Positions 19,808-30,965 of a stretch of DNA of 64,000 bases are shown piece by piece. Source of the stretch: Eukaryota sp. TZLM1-RC (taxonomy: Eukaryota > Protista > Metamonada: BaSk clade); assembly GCA_040285825.1 (NCBI GenBank), contig JAUPSS010000001.1, forward strand, positions 496,001-560,000. Reading direction: 5' to 3'. How positions within the stretch are numbered: position 1 is the first letter of the stretch; each line of letters begins with the position of its first letter. A program made the position numbers and the translations under genes. Below the pieces are notes generated by a model. The model searched no databases. It saw only the letters and a program-made list of their open reading frames with translations, and was not told the origin of the DNA.

Positions 19808-21406
19808 ATGACAGACGGAGACCCTACATCCAACAGTTCGCAAATCTCTGAAGCAGAAAAGCAACAGAAGAGGCGTGAACAACACCGCCTAAGTGCCCGC
19901 AATTACCGTGCCCGCAAAAAAGCTGAGGTGACCTCTATGCAAGCCCGTATGCGCGAAATGGCATCTCAGAATGAGATGCTTCTGCGAGAAATTCAGATAC
20001 TAAGAGCTCGTCTTGCAAACGGTGAGTCACTTTCGACAGGCCGTGGTGGAAGTCCTGTTGCTGATGGTCAAAGGCATACCAGTTCTTGTCAACCTGACCA
20101 CCAGACTGAAAGTTATATCGCCCAAAGAACTGTATCCAACACTCGCAAATATGCTGTTCTACTTTCACAAATTCGCCAAGGAATCAGTAATCCTGGAACT
20201 CCTGACGAACACATAATCCATTTGTTAGATAAGGCATATTGCCAGATTTTAGGAATTTGCACATTCACCACTGATCAATGTACTTCCTGCCCATACCAAG
20301 ATACCCAAAGTTGTTTATGCTCGGATAGTAAACCAGCCTTTAATTTAATAAGTGGGCAGCCAGCAAATCATTTGTACACATCTTTCTATCCATGTGTCTC
20401 TCAACTGCTCCCTCAGATGGGGTACGGTTCAGACATGTCTACGCAACCCTCTCCTGCTAGTCATGAATCCATGTTCAAGAGTCCTGCATTTGAGCCATGT
20501 ATCAATAACTGTGCCCAGTGTCCCAATATTACATGTTCTTCTCGTTCCGTTCCTCCTGTTCAACCTGCGGTCATCTATCCTGGTAACCTGTATCCTTGTG
20601 TTAACAACTGCTCTATCTGCAAGAATGTCCACTGCACTCACAGGTCCCAACCATTAAGCTATCACCAAGGTAACGTGTTTCCTTGCATCAATGATTGTCA
20701 AAATTGTAAGAACCTGAACTGCCCGAATAGATCATTACCTCCCAGAATTCCATCCTCAGTAGTCCACAATGCAGTAACGTCCACTAACTCGAGAGTAACT
20801 GTTTCCTCCGATGATTCAGATGAACGTTCTGCAAGCGAACGTGAAGAGAAACTCAGTTGTCAAGCAATCTCTGTTTCCTTTTGTCAGCCTTTCCTACTGG
20901 GCAAGATGTTGTACGTACTCTACTCTGGTCCAGAAGATGAATATGACAAGGCTGCCATGGATAAGCAAAGAGTTGTTTTTGAACGCTGGTTACGGGAACA
21001 ATTGGTTACAAGATGTGGAAGCAACCTTGAAGAAGCTATTGCTAATGTCATGAATGAATTGACTAATTATGAGGTTCAACTCAAGGCTTTACTTCGCGAA
21101 AAGAAAGATTTAATAGAGTCTCTATGGTCCACTGCCTCGCCTTATGCTGAACAATGTTTGGCTCCATTTGCTGTTCCTTTCACCAGTAGTCAATGTACAT
21201 TGTCGCCTGGGCCTGATCTCACTGCATTTTCAGAAGCCAGTTCTCAATTGAGCAATATTATTGCCAAGCAACATAAACTTTTGTACAGAATTTTGAAGGT
21301 CACCAGACGGTATTCACCAAAGGTGGAAGCTGCTCTGTTTCTTGGTAGACATCCCTTCAATTCAGAAGAGGAGATGCTGGATGTTACTCTTCGAATGATG
21401 CTTTAG
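19808..21406 (+). CDS. bZIP transcription factor with three Cys-rich repeats
   Basis: Basic region RREQHRLSARNYRARKK plus zipper M..M..L..I/L..L. Repeats PCINNCAQCPNITCSSRS, PCVNNCSICKNVHCTHRS and PCINDCQNCKNLNCPNRS. Confidence 0.85.
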   Translation: MTDGDPTSNSSQISEAEKQQKRREQHRLSARNYRARKKAEVTSMQARMREMASQNEMLLREIQILRARLANGESLSTGRGGSPVADGQRHTSSCQPDHQTESYIAQRTVSNTRKYAVLLSQIRQGISNPGTPDEHIIHLLDKAYCQILGICTFTTDQCTSCPYQDTQSCLCSDSKPAFNLISGQPANHLYTSFYPCVSQLLPQMGYGSDMSTQPSPASHESMFKSPAFEPCINNCAQCPNITCSSRSVPPVQPAVIYPGNLYPCVNNCSICKNVHCTHRSQPLSYHQGNVFPCINDCQNCKNLNCPNRSLPPRIPSSVVHNAVTSTNSRVTVSSDDSDERSASEREEKLSCQAISVSFCQPFLLGKMLYVLYSGPEDEYDKAAMDKQRVVFERWLREQLVTRCGSNLEEAIANVMNELTNYEVQLKALLREKKDLIESLWSTASPYAEQCLAPFAVPFTSSQCTLSPGPDLTAFSEASSQLSNIIAKQHKLLYRILKVTRRYSPKVEAALFLGRHPFNSEEEMLDVTLRMML

Positions 21407-21829
21407 TTTTATTAGTGTGTTTTTTGTATTTTATTTGTTGTTTTGTGCTTTTATAAATCACTATGGTTTATGGAAATTCATGCCTGACAGAAATCTCAAA
21501 ACAGATGATGAATTTGTCAGCGCGCATGATATATCCATTCGACGAAAATATTCTGTTGATTTTATAGCTTTTAGCCATCAATTTTTGATCTTCAATTGTT
21601 GTATTTCACAAATAGATTGAAGATTTGTTTGTTTTTTGAATAAAAACTGTTGACGTTAGCTTTTGGTGCAAAAATTTTTGTTCTAACAAAATCTAATTTA
21701 AAGAAAGTTGCAAATGATATGATTATACTCAATTTTGTTGAGAAGTAAGCAAAAAGGCAAAAAAAAACAATTTATGTTGTGATGTAAGACGTCTTATGTC
21801 TCAATTTCTTCTTACAGCCAAATTATACT

Positions 21830-22381
21830 TAGAACTGTCCAGCTTCAGTTCGGAACTGGTTCAGTTCAATTCAGGTTCAAGAATGATAGGTTCAGGTTCC
21901 GAACTAGTTTGAACTGGTTCTGAACCAGTTCACCCAATGTCTCACATTGTTTTTCTACTACTGTTTATAACTTGTATTCAGTTATTGCAATGACATAAAA
22001 TAAATATAAAATATCCAGTAATTAATAAATTTATGCTGATTTTTTGCTTAATTTGGGTTTTCAAACCGTCAATTAGAAGTTTATATTTTGCAATGGGCTT
22101 CTGTCTGATTATCTTTCTGTTCAAGCTACCTCAATCACCTGTGAACAGTTATTTAGCTCAGCTGGTCGCACGGTTACTGAATACAGAGCCTCATTGTGTG
22201 AGGTAGTGTCGAAGCATTGGTCTTTGTAAAGGAATGGTGGAGATTTTTAAGAAATTAGTTTGTGTTGTTTTCAAAGTAACATTTGTTTTAAAAAGACTAT
22301 TCTTTTATTATACCGGTGCGGAACTGGTTCAGTTCAGTACAGGTTCCAAATTTATTTCTGAACTGAGCTTGGACAATCCTA
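21830..22381. mobile_element. hAT-like MITE (552 bp)
   Basis: Imperfect TIRs: TAGAACTGTCCAGCTTCAGTTCGGAA versus the reverse-complemented right end TAGGATTGTCCAAGCTCAGTTCAGAA. 8-bp TSD ATTATACT at 21822-21829 and 22382-22389. Subterminal GAACTGGTTC repeats. Confidence 0.85.
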
Positions 22382-22471
22382 ATTATACTACTAAATACAG
22401 TTTACAGATGTTCCTGTAAACCTTGGAAAGGGAAATTTCTATTGATTCGAAATTGATTTTCCAACAACAAA

Positions 22472-23482
22472 ATGTCGAAAATTTCTTCTCAAACAACAAC
22501 GTTTTACTCAACTACAGATGAAGTACTTCATCAAGTCGACGTTCTAACAATCGATCAAAATGTACTGTCGATGTGTAGGTTCTGTGGAATTCGCACGCCT
22601 GAAGCCACGCATCAAGTCTGCTTAAACAAAAACTGTCGTGACAGACACATTCATGCATGTGAGAACATCATGGCATGTGGGCATCTCTGCAATGGTTGCA
22701 TTGATCACACCTGCTTCTGTCTTCGTTGTGAAGAAGTGTCGAATGATCTCTGATCCATCTGTTTCACTGATTCATTGTTCATTGCTCCGTGTGTAAAGTT
22801 GAAATGCGGCCATGTGTTTCACCCAGCATGCATCTTACAACAACTGCGTTATGGGTATCAGACTCCTCATATCTCTTTTACTTACGCCAAATGTCCACAG
22901 TGTAGGTCCATGATTGAATCCAATGATATAGAAATCAAACACGAAATCACTACATCGTTGAAGGTTCTCCAAATGGTGAAGGACAAGGCGCTACGCAGAC
23001 TCCATTATGAAGGTGCTGACAGTAGTTGAAGGTTAAAAGACCCTACAGATGAGTATTATCAGAGGCCTGTTGAACTTGCCCTTCATAAATACCTTTACTC
23101 TCAATGCTGTGAGTGTCGTGTTCCATTTTTTGGTGGGACACGGGAATGTGCAGGAAACAGCAATGAAGATAATGACTTCAACCCAACCACACTGAAATGA
23201 TTGTCGTGTAAGACACCAAATCAGCAGACTTCTTGCTCTGTTCATGGTACTGATGCAATACAATGGAAGTGCATGTTCTGTTGTGAAGTGGCTGCATGGA
23301 ATTGTGGACATCATTACTGTGAAGCTTGCCACCGAAGATCTGGTCAAGTTTCCAACTTGTTGTCCTCTGGAAGACTCCCACCTTGTCCAGGTTCCTCTTG
23401 CACAACCAAAATCAGGCACCCTCAACCAGGAGTTTGTTTCTGCTTAGGGTGTGGTCTCTGTCAGGAAATTAATGATTTTTGA
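22472..23482 (+). pseudogene. MYCBP2/Highwire-type RING + tandem-cysteine (RING-Cys-relay) E3 ligase with three in-frame TGA codons
   Basis: A single reading frame carries CGHLCNG, *SICFTD..APCVKLKCGHVFH..C, CPQC, KALRRLHYEG, CCECRVPFFGGTREC, CSVHG...WKCMFCC, HYCEACH and FCLGCGLC. TGA at 22751, 23027 and 23198. Confidence 0.8.
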
Positions 23483-24252
23483 TCAATGTTGAGATTTAAA
23501 ATCAACCATAGCATTACAATTGGTACAGTGAAAAGTTTCAATTGGTAGGGAAAAACAAAAAAATGATTGTCTACTTGGGAGAAGCGATTGTTGTAAATTA
23601 CACAATAGGCGAGACTTTGCAATTTAAAACTTTGTATTAGCAATGTGCTTGAACTTGGTTGATCAAAGGAAGGTTTGGTTTGAATCAAGAATTGGAATTA
23701 TCTGTAACAAATAGTACACAATGGCAAATTTTAAACAACCTTAGTTTTTATGACTCTACCATCTCTGTCTTCTGCTTCTCACTGGCATTTAGTTTCCTAC
23801 TATAATATAATATTTCTAGAAACACTGACTGTGAATCTAGGATCAGAAGTTTGAAGAAGTTCCAATATCATATCATTCACTACATGGACTACCCTTTTGA
23901 TTGTGTTAATACTTCATGTGAGAAATTTATGATTGTATTTCAATGATCCACAGTAGGTCCTAATTAAATATTGTGAAAGGTGTAGTTTATTTTGTTTTCA
24001 GTTGGTCGTTTCATTCGTTTTAGTCAACTAAATTCAAATTTATTGTTAAGAATGCGAATAGAAGAAAATTGTATCACATAGCATAAGTTTAGATTAAAAG
24101 TATGGCGAAATTTGTGTGAATCACATATATAGTTGTAATTGATCAGCTGAAAAATTATGTCTTGTTTATAAATCAAAAACCAGCAGGTCCAACTCGAAAA
24201 TCAAACCTTAGCCGTTACCTTAAGTCAATTGTTCTTGATAATTGACAATTGC

Positions 24253-25860
24253 TCACAAGTTTGAATTTTTGCAGTAAAGAACAAGACGATTTGTAGCCTG
24301 TTGATTGGAATAGGTTGATAGATTTTGTAATTGTTTCTTTCTTCTTTTAATACCTTGGCGTTTTTTGCTTCTGATTTCTGGAAGTTGTCTTTTTTTATAA
24401 AACACCTTTTGTGAAATTTGTTCTGGGGTAATAGTTACAGCAGGTTTTGGAGAAACACAGTGCATTAAGTCATACTGGTTAGGGTCAATGGCAAATATTC
24501 TTTTATCTTTTAACTTCATTTTTTCGACGTTTTCAGCAGACATAGAATGTATGTATCGTTCTTGGTACGTTAACGTCTTGGAGGTAAAATTCTTGAAAAC
24601 ATTCCCATCAACCAGGTCTTTACGAATTAAGACCACGGAACAAGCAATCCCGTCTGTTACAATTGAGGAAAAACTGAATTGAAAGCAACTTTTAGTCTCC
24701 CGTTTGTAAGAATTTAAAACCTTATCAGTTAGTATTTCGGTAAAAACTGGTGATCTTATGTCATCTGCTCTCCCTTTGAACTTGCTAAATCTTTCGTTGA
24801 GCCAATGAGTATCGAATCTTATATGCTGTGGAGTCAATGTAGTTGTCAATGGAAAAGGATTACTGACTGACAAAGGTTTGCCATCCTAGGAACAAAATGA
24901 TTGAATGGTTCTGTTAATATATAGCATGAGAGAGAAATTTCAATGGCTTGGCAGATTGAGTATAATAAAAAATTTTACCCTCAATAAAAGTGGGAATTAA
25001 ACAAAGTTTCACATAAGCAAAAAACATCAAAGTAAACTCTGATTGGGGAAAGGGAAAAACAATGTGATCCTTGATAGGAAGTTCATCAAAGTTTTCACAG
25101 ATAATGGCTTCCCTGGCTTTGTTGAGTTTAGTCAATAATTCTTCCTTGAAATACTTTTCGTGAATTTGTTCTAGTCTGAGCTTCTTCACAACGATAATGT
25201 TTAACTAGCGAAAAACGTATTCATGAAAGTGTATGCTGAGATTATTGCCATAATTAATGGCAATTTGTTTGGCTGTGTAGTGCGAAACTCGATCCATTGA
25301 ATTATTATCTGGAAATTGAATCCTTCTTTGACCAAGCTCATTATCAAGATTGTGTAGAATTGGATGAAGAAATTCAAGTAATTAAAACTAATTTTCTGTT
25401 TCAAAGTGTAATTCAAAATATCCATATCTTTAATTACTTTTTTGGCTTCAATCTTTGACAGTTCCAAATCAGAAATATTTTTGTTTGACTTTGCAACAAA
25501 CATCCGTCTTAAAACTGATTGATTGATTCGCTAAAATCTGGTAGTTGAATTGAGAAATCATTAAAATCGAAATAGGTAACATAGTCGTATTCATGCATTG
25601 AATACGCAATTTCGATTGTGGAAAACGTTTCTTCAATCTAAAGGGCATCAAAATCATAATCATCCATCAAATCAATTTTTAACTTCCTATACTCAGTATT
25701 TTCATATTGACACAGCAAAAAAATTTCAAGGAGGGATTGTTCCTCTGACAGTGGCTAAGTGGTTTTTGTGAACACACTTATAAATCAAAGTTCGCTTGTC
25801 ATAGTCCTTGATTGTTGTATTTATTTTTCTTTTTACAACCTTTATTGGAGGTTGTTCGAC
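24253..25860 (-). mobile_element. Degenerate Fanzor, 5' part through RuvC-I; 3' half missing
   Basis: IKVVKRKINTTIKD...IYKCVHKNH (N-terminal motif), NPFPLTTTLTPQHIRFDT, FSSIVTDGIACSVVLIRKDL, RYIHSM, RuvC-I RIFAIDPNQYDLMHCV. Many frameshifts. Confidence 0.75.
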
Positions 25861-25879
25861 AATAGATTGAAAATGATGA

Positions 25880-26978
25880 TGAAAAAAGCGCAGTCTCATT
25901 TCATCAAAAATACGGATTACTTGTTGTAGATTTTCAGCCAGAAATTCTGTATTATCATTTCGCCACAATTTAGTAGTTTTGATTTGTTCTAACAGTTGAG
26001 CAAATTCTTTTTTTCTTTCAATGGAAACTGTAGTTAATACCAACCTTTGTTTACAATTTTTTATGAAAAAGTCAAGTTCTACTGTTGAAATGAAATTGTG
26101 AATTTCATGTTGAAACAGTTAAGAAAATACATTTTCAATGCTATTTATTCTTCCTCTAACAATATACAAAGACTGAATTACCTTTCTTAAATCTATAGTC
26201 ATAAAAGGTCCTAATCCAGTTTCGCTAAACCATTCTTTAAACCACAGAGGGCTATGAGAAATATAATCGTTTTAATTGGAAAACTTTTTCAATTTGCAAC
26301 AAATCACAGCGTTGAACAAAACAAGGAAGAAAAATTCGTCTGTGTTGTAGCCAATAAGTAACCCAGGCTTAATCTTAATCAATAAGTCAATAACTGAATT
26401 AATCATATCCTTCTCTGATGAACATAAGTGAATAGAACAGTCCTCTGATTGAGGAATCACTTTTGTGGAGAAGATGTGTGACTCTTCCGAATCTTCATAT
26501 ATAAATGCCAGAGTAATCATAATGAGAGAATTTTCGTGAGGATTTGACAGTAGTTCCTCTCTGTATGTTTCATGTTCTTCTTCAATTTCAGGAATTTCGG
26601 CATCAGGTTCTTGAAACAAAACAGTGGGTTCTTCAAAGGAAAAGTTTAGACTGTTAGGTGACTTTTGCGATTTTGAAATAATATTCACATCAAGACATTG
26701 GGTGTTGGTAATGACTCTTCTCAACGCCAAAAAACAATGTAGCGTATGAGTAGCTTGAGAGACATTTTCAATAGTGCATAATTGTCTTTTTTTCTATTCA
26801 GGAGTGAGTCTAGATCCAGTGTGAGAATGACGTTTGAAGATAGTTTTAGAAGATGTAGAAAGCAGCGAAGTAACACGTTCTCTGTCTTCTTCTGACCTAA
26901 GAAGAGGTACAGAGTATGAAACGGTGGGTGGGTCAATACCCAGGTTCAGCGACACAATGGGCGGAGAGTGTCTAACAT
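25880..26978 (-). pseudogene. Family-B DNA polymerase 3'-5' exonuclease-like domain, decayed, upstream of and apparently fused to the Fanzor
   Basis: IHLCSSEKDMINSVIDLLIKIKPGLLIGYNTDEFF (ExoII, GYNxxxFD-like), followed by GPFMTIDLRKVI. Starts at the ATG (26978) of the shared leader. Confidence 0.65.
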
Positions 26979-27160
26979 GTAATAAGAATTATGAGCTTCT
27001 TTATCAAATTTTACACTTATCACCCCATTTTCGACTTCTGGTTGTATTGATCTGGTAGGTTTTTAACCCTCGACTTGGTTCTGGGAGTTTTTTAACCCTC
27101 GACTTGGTTCTGGGAGTTTTTGACACTTTTCTCACACTTTTCTCATTCCTTTTCTATTGT
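26968..27160 (-). repeat. Conserved 5' leader/left end (copy 2) with a tandem 30-bp unit
   Basis: Homologous to 4984..5144. TTTTAACCCTCGACTTGGTTCTGGGAGTTT occurs twice (27061-27120). Confidence 0.85.
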
Positions 27161-27544
27161 CAGCATTGTTGACATTATGTTCGTTTTAGGATTTCGTCCC
27201 AGAAAATTTTAAATAAAATGTTTATTAATTTTTTGAGTTATTTTCATAAAAAGAATCTTTATCGCGTTTATAATAATAAGGAATGTTTTCAACTATGACT
27301 GTTGAATATCAAGCCCAACAACTGTCTAGGGGTGAAAAGAGGGTTTAAACCCTATTAAAGATAATATTTTACAATTATGTGCTCAATTCTATAACACAAG
27401 ATTCCCTCTTTTAATCACAGCAAACACAATCTTCTATCCTATATCAACACTATTCCAGACCTTCCGGATTCTGTTTCCTCTGGGGATACACGTCATCTCA
27501 ACTTCTTTGTAGATTCACCTCTCCCATTCCTTCTATCTCTGTCA

Positions 27545-28582
27545 TTGTCCCCAGATGATTTATCTCGTGCTCTTACCCAACTAGAAACCATCATCTCCTC
27601 ACCATCACCATCATGCCCCCCTTCTTGTCCTCGTTGCACTGCCACATCCCTTTTCCTCACAGAATTAAACCACATTTTACTCTCTTCGTGGGACCAAGTT
27701 CAAGCCACCTCTATCAAGGAATTACTCACTCTTGCTGACAATCTCGTCTCTTTTGATGAGGTTAGTTCTATGGTGCTCTCTATCGTAAACAAACTGGTTT
27801 TGATGATTGTTTCAACGAAATTCTTAGTGAGTCTCGAATTTTCAACGCATTTTTTGTCAATTTTGAGCCAGGTTTTTGACTTAATTGTGAATACCTTTGG
27901 TTTTAACCAGTGTATTGGGGTTTTTTCACAGATGTTTCCCCAATATTCGATGTTTTTGCCTAGTTTAAGCTTTCAATCATTTATGCAATCAAATAGCGCC
28001 ATTATTGACCCATGTCACGTGTACATCACGTCATTAGCAGCAGTTGATTGCTCTATTTTAGTCAAGTTTAGGGGTTTAATTAAGAACTTATTTGGGTTAA
28101 ATTACGTTGTGAGGTTAAAATTGAGCAATTTAAACAATTTAATTTGCTTTTTATTCAGTATTTCTAATTGTAATTGTTGGAATTTTATTCAAGGTAAATT
28201 GACTTTGTTAGTTGTCAAGGCACTTGACAAGAGCAATATTTCGTGGGTTGAGCTGTTTTTGTCAGTTTCCTTGTTGACAAGTTTGTATCTTTGCTCGAAA
28301 ATATCTGTTTTGCCTTATTTTTCTCGCAAACTATCTCAATTAATTTACGAAAAAAGGTCTACCCCTTTAAACCATTTTTATTCAGATTTAACCCAAAGTC
28401 TGAAGATTTCCTCTAATTCGCAGCATTTGAATGTATTTAAAATGGCTTTTCATTATTTACTTGTAAGGTTAATAAAACTAAAAAAGAAATCAGAAATTCG
28501 TCGATTTCAACAGTTTTTTAATGACCTTATTAATATATCAATATTTGATGAATTAGTCTTTGAAGTTTTCGGAATTAATTAA
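27545..28582 (+). CDS. Hypothetical protein (alpha-helical, Leu/Ser/Phe-rich); true start probably upstream
   Basis: 345-aa ORF with no recognisable motif. Confidence 0.45.
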   Translation: MSPDDLSRALTQLETIISSPSPSCPPSCPRCTATSLFLTELNHILLSSWDQVQATSIKELLTLADNLVSFDEVSSMVLSIVNKLVLMIVSTKFLVSLEFSTHFLSILSQVFDLIVNTFGFNQCIGVFSQMFPQYSMFLPSLSFQSFMQSNSAIIDPCHVYITSLAAVDCSILVKFRGLIKNLFGLNYVVRLKLSNLNNLICFLFSISNCNCWNFIQGKLTLLVVKALDKSNISWVELFLSVSLLTSLYLCSKISVLPYFSRKLSQLIYEKRSTPLNHFYSDLTQSLKISSNSQHLNVFKMAFHYLLVRLIKLKKKSEIRRFQQFFNDLINISIFDELVFEVFGIN

Positions 28583-29099
28583 TTAATTTTGCTTTAGTTT
28601 GTTTATAAATTCTGTGTATGTGTTTTTTCATATTTTAACCTTGACACTTTATTTAGAGTTTCTCTTGGGGGCCTTTTTGAAAATGTTTCTAGTTCTAAAT
28701 TAACTTTATCATCTAAATTATCACTGACTTTTGCACGTATATACTGCTATAACGTACATTTTTGAGTTTATGTCTATAACCGAAACGATTTGTACATTAA
28801 TGAAATAGATTTTGTTACCGTTTTTATGGTAAATGTTGTGGTTTAATTTTCCATTCTTCTTTCGAAAAATAATCGTAGCATTGGTGTAACAAATGGTGAT
28901 GTATTTGACCGATCTCTCTTTTAAGGGAAAAACATACATGTTTCATAATTTTTGCTTACATTGACGATTTTTCCCTTATTGGGTAAGTTGATCTACTACA
29001 TCCAGCTCCCCAATAATTAATTAATTAATTTTTAATTATTAATTTGCATAAAAATTGATTCATAATCTTTAAAATTGTAAGAGCGTATTGAATTTAATG

Positions 29100-30770
29100 C
29101 AAATGAAAATGGTAAGAGATCCAAACAATTATCTACAATATACTCTCAATCATTGTGTGAGCATTGACCTAAACTGTTTGGAAAGTTGATACATACTCTA
29201 TTATGGTGGTTGGCAATTGAATTTCTGAAGCGGTAATGTCATTTGAGACACACACTCATGATTGCCATTTGGGATAAGTATCAGAAAAAAAGAACGGAGA
29301 TGAGTATGTTGGTCAAATTACACATCCAAAGTTAGTTAGCCCGAATGTTCGGAATTCTAACAGTGATCACAGCTGTCGAAAAGTAAACAAAAAACCCACC
29401 AACGGCTACAAAAACAATTTAAATTTGAATTGCAATGGTTCATACACGGATGCTATCTGGTCATCCTTTTTAATTTTTGACGCGGAATGTTGACAACCAA
29501 ACTAGAGCAATTATTAATTTTATGGAATTGTACAAACAGATGATTATTCTATTTCATTATTGTTACAAAGAAAAAATTTGTTTGGACAAAAATATTCTTC
29601 CGTTCAGTTTTTTGCTCAAGATTACTACTTGGAACAATTGAAGCATAGTGAATCAGAAGGAATTGATTTGGTTGATAGAACGCCGGCCACAATTGATACT
29701 GGAATGTGAGTTAAAATCAATACCATGGCCGAAAAGTGTCAATTACTTGTCAAAATGATGAATATGTATATCTATATGTCAAATGATGAATAAATTTTTG
29801 TTGGTGAAAATTTCAGACCCCGAAAAAAGCAGAAAGGAGATTCAGAAACAGAAGAATTAAGTCATGTGATCTAAAGATGGAGCTATGGGAAAACCATCCA
29901 ACAAAGAGAACAGCAAAGCGAAAACCCAAAGATTTTTACAACAGATTCTGTTATTGTCAAGGTGAAAGAAATTTTGATTTGAAAACCATGCGTTTCCACA
30001 AGATAGATCAAAATATGTTAGAAAAAACTCAATGTCTAGATGTGATGTATTACAGAGGCTACAACTCAATTTTCTGAAATGGCAACACTGGGCGAAGGCA
30101 GATCAGCTGAACTTACACAAATCAAAACGTATATCGAAGCAAAAGAATTGTTCAATCTAAGAACTCGAGAGTTCTACAAGCAACCTTGGTTTAGAAAAAG
30201 ACGTCAGCAGCTTTTATCAAGCAGAAGAAGATCAGAAGACCAAATGATTGATCAATTCAGAAAAAAATTTGGACTTCCTTCTGATGTTGCTATCGGATTT
30301 GGCGATTGGAGACATGCTGATTTAGGAATCAAAAGTTGGGCACCTACTGTTAAAGAAAGATCTTTGAGCTAGTTGCTCAAAAAGCCAAATATACAGTCTT
30401 GTTTATTGGTGTATGCCGAAGTTGATATTGTTTTGCTTGTGCCAAATTGGGTCAAATCGGGATGAATTCTGAAAAACATGGTGTCAAAAGGCCTAAACCT
30501 GTGAATATAAGACGTTTGAGGAGAAGAAGAAAATATTTGAAACGGTTGTATGAAGGAGTCGAAAGACATTATAGTTCAAAATACGAAGAGGAAAAGTCAA
30601 CAGTAGACGCAAATTCAATTCCTTGGGGACTACGGAAGATGCTCAAGGTGTAAAACTTGATGGGATAGGGATTTTAATGCAGCCATCAATATTCAAGAAA
30701 TCATGAAGGCTAGGTTGCGTAAGGATAATAGACGTATAGTATTGTGTAGAGATAATAGGGACTAACATTT
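29100..30770 (+). mobile_element. Degenerate Fanzor pseudogene
   Basis: HCVSIDL, YTDAIWSS, ATIDTG (RuvC-I-like), FYKQPWFRKRR...RRSEDQMIDQFRKKFG, VAIGFGDW, WGLR, CSRCKT*WDRDFNAAINI (RuvC-III). Boundaries approximate. Confidence 0.8.
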
Positions 30771-30906
30771 GAATAAATAAAACGATATGACAAACAAATA
30801 ATATAGCTGATAATACAACTTTATCATAACTTAAACTTAAGATCATAACTTATCTGGTGGGATAGGGATTTTAATGCAGCCATCAATATTCCGGAAATCA
30901 TGAAGG
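30661..30906 (+). repeat. 49-bp direct repeat of the RuvC-III coding segment (30661..30709 and 30858..30906)
   Basis: TGGGATAGGGATTTTAATGCAGCCATCAATATTC(AA/CG)GAAATCATGAAGG, with 2 mismatches. Confidence 0.9.
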
Positions 30907-30965
30907 TTGAGGATTTCACAATCCTCTTTGATGCCCTAATTAACCCTCTGCGACCTCAATTCTGA

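Noticed and set aside
22751-23200. Genome-wide UGA reassignment
   Set aside because: Several intact ORFs terminate in TGA, and the long conserved genes (flippase, PSMA1, CYRI) contain no internal TGA.
27061-27120. 30-bp tandem repeat as a CRISPR array
   Set aside because: Two abutting units with no spacers and no cas genes; part of the element leader.
28630-28655. TTTTAACCTTGACACTTT as a third leader copy
   Set aside because: Match too short and in the wrong orientation relative to the adjacent plus-strand Fanzor.
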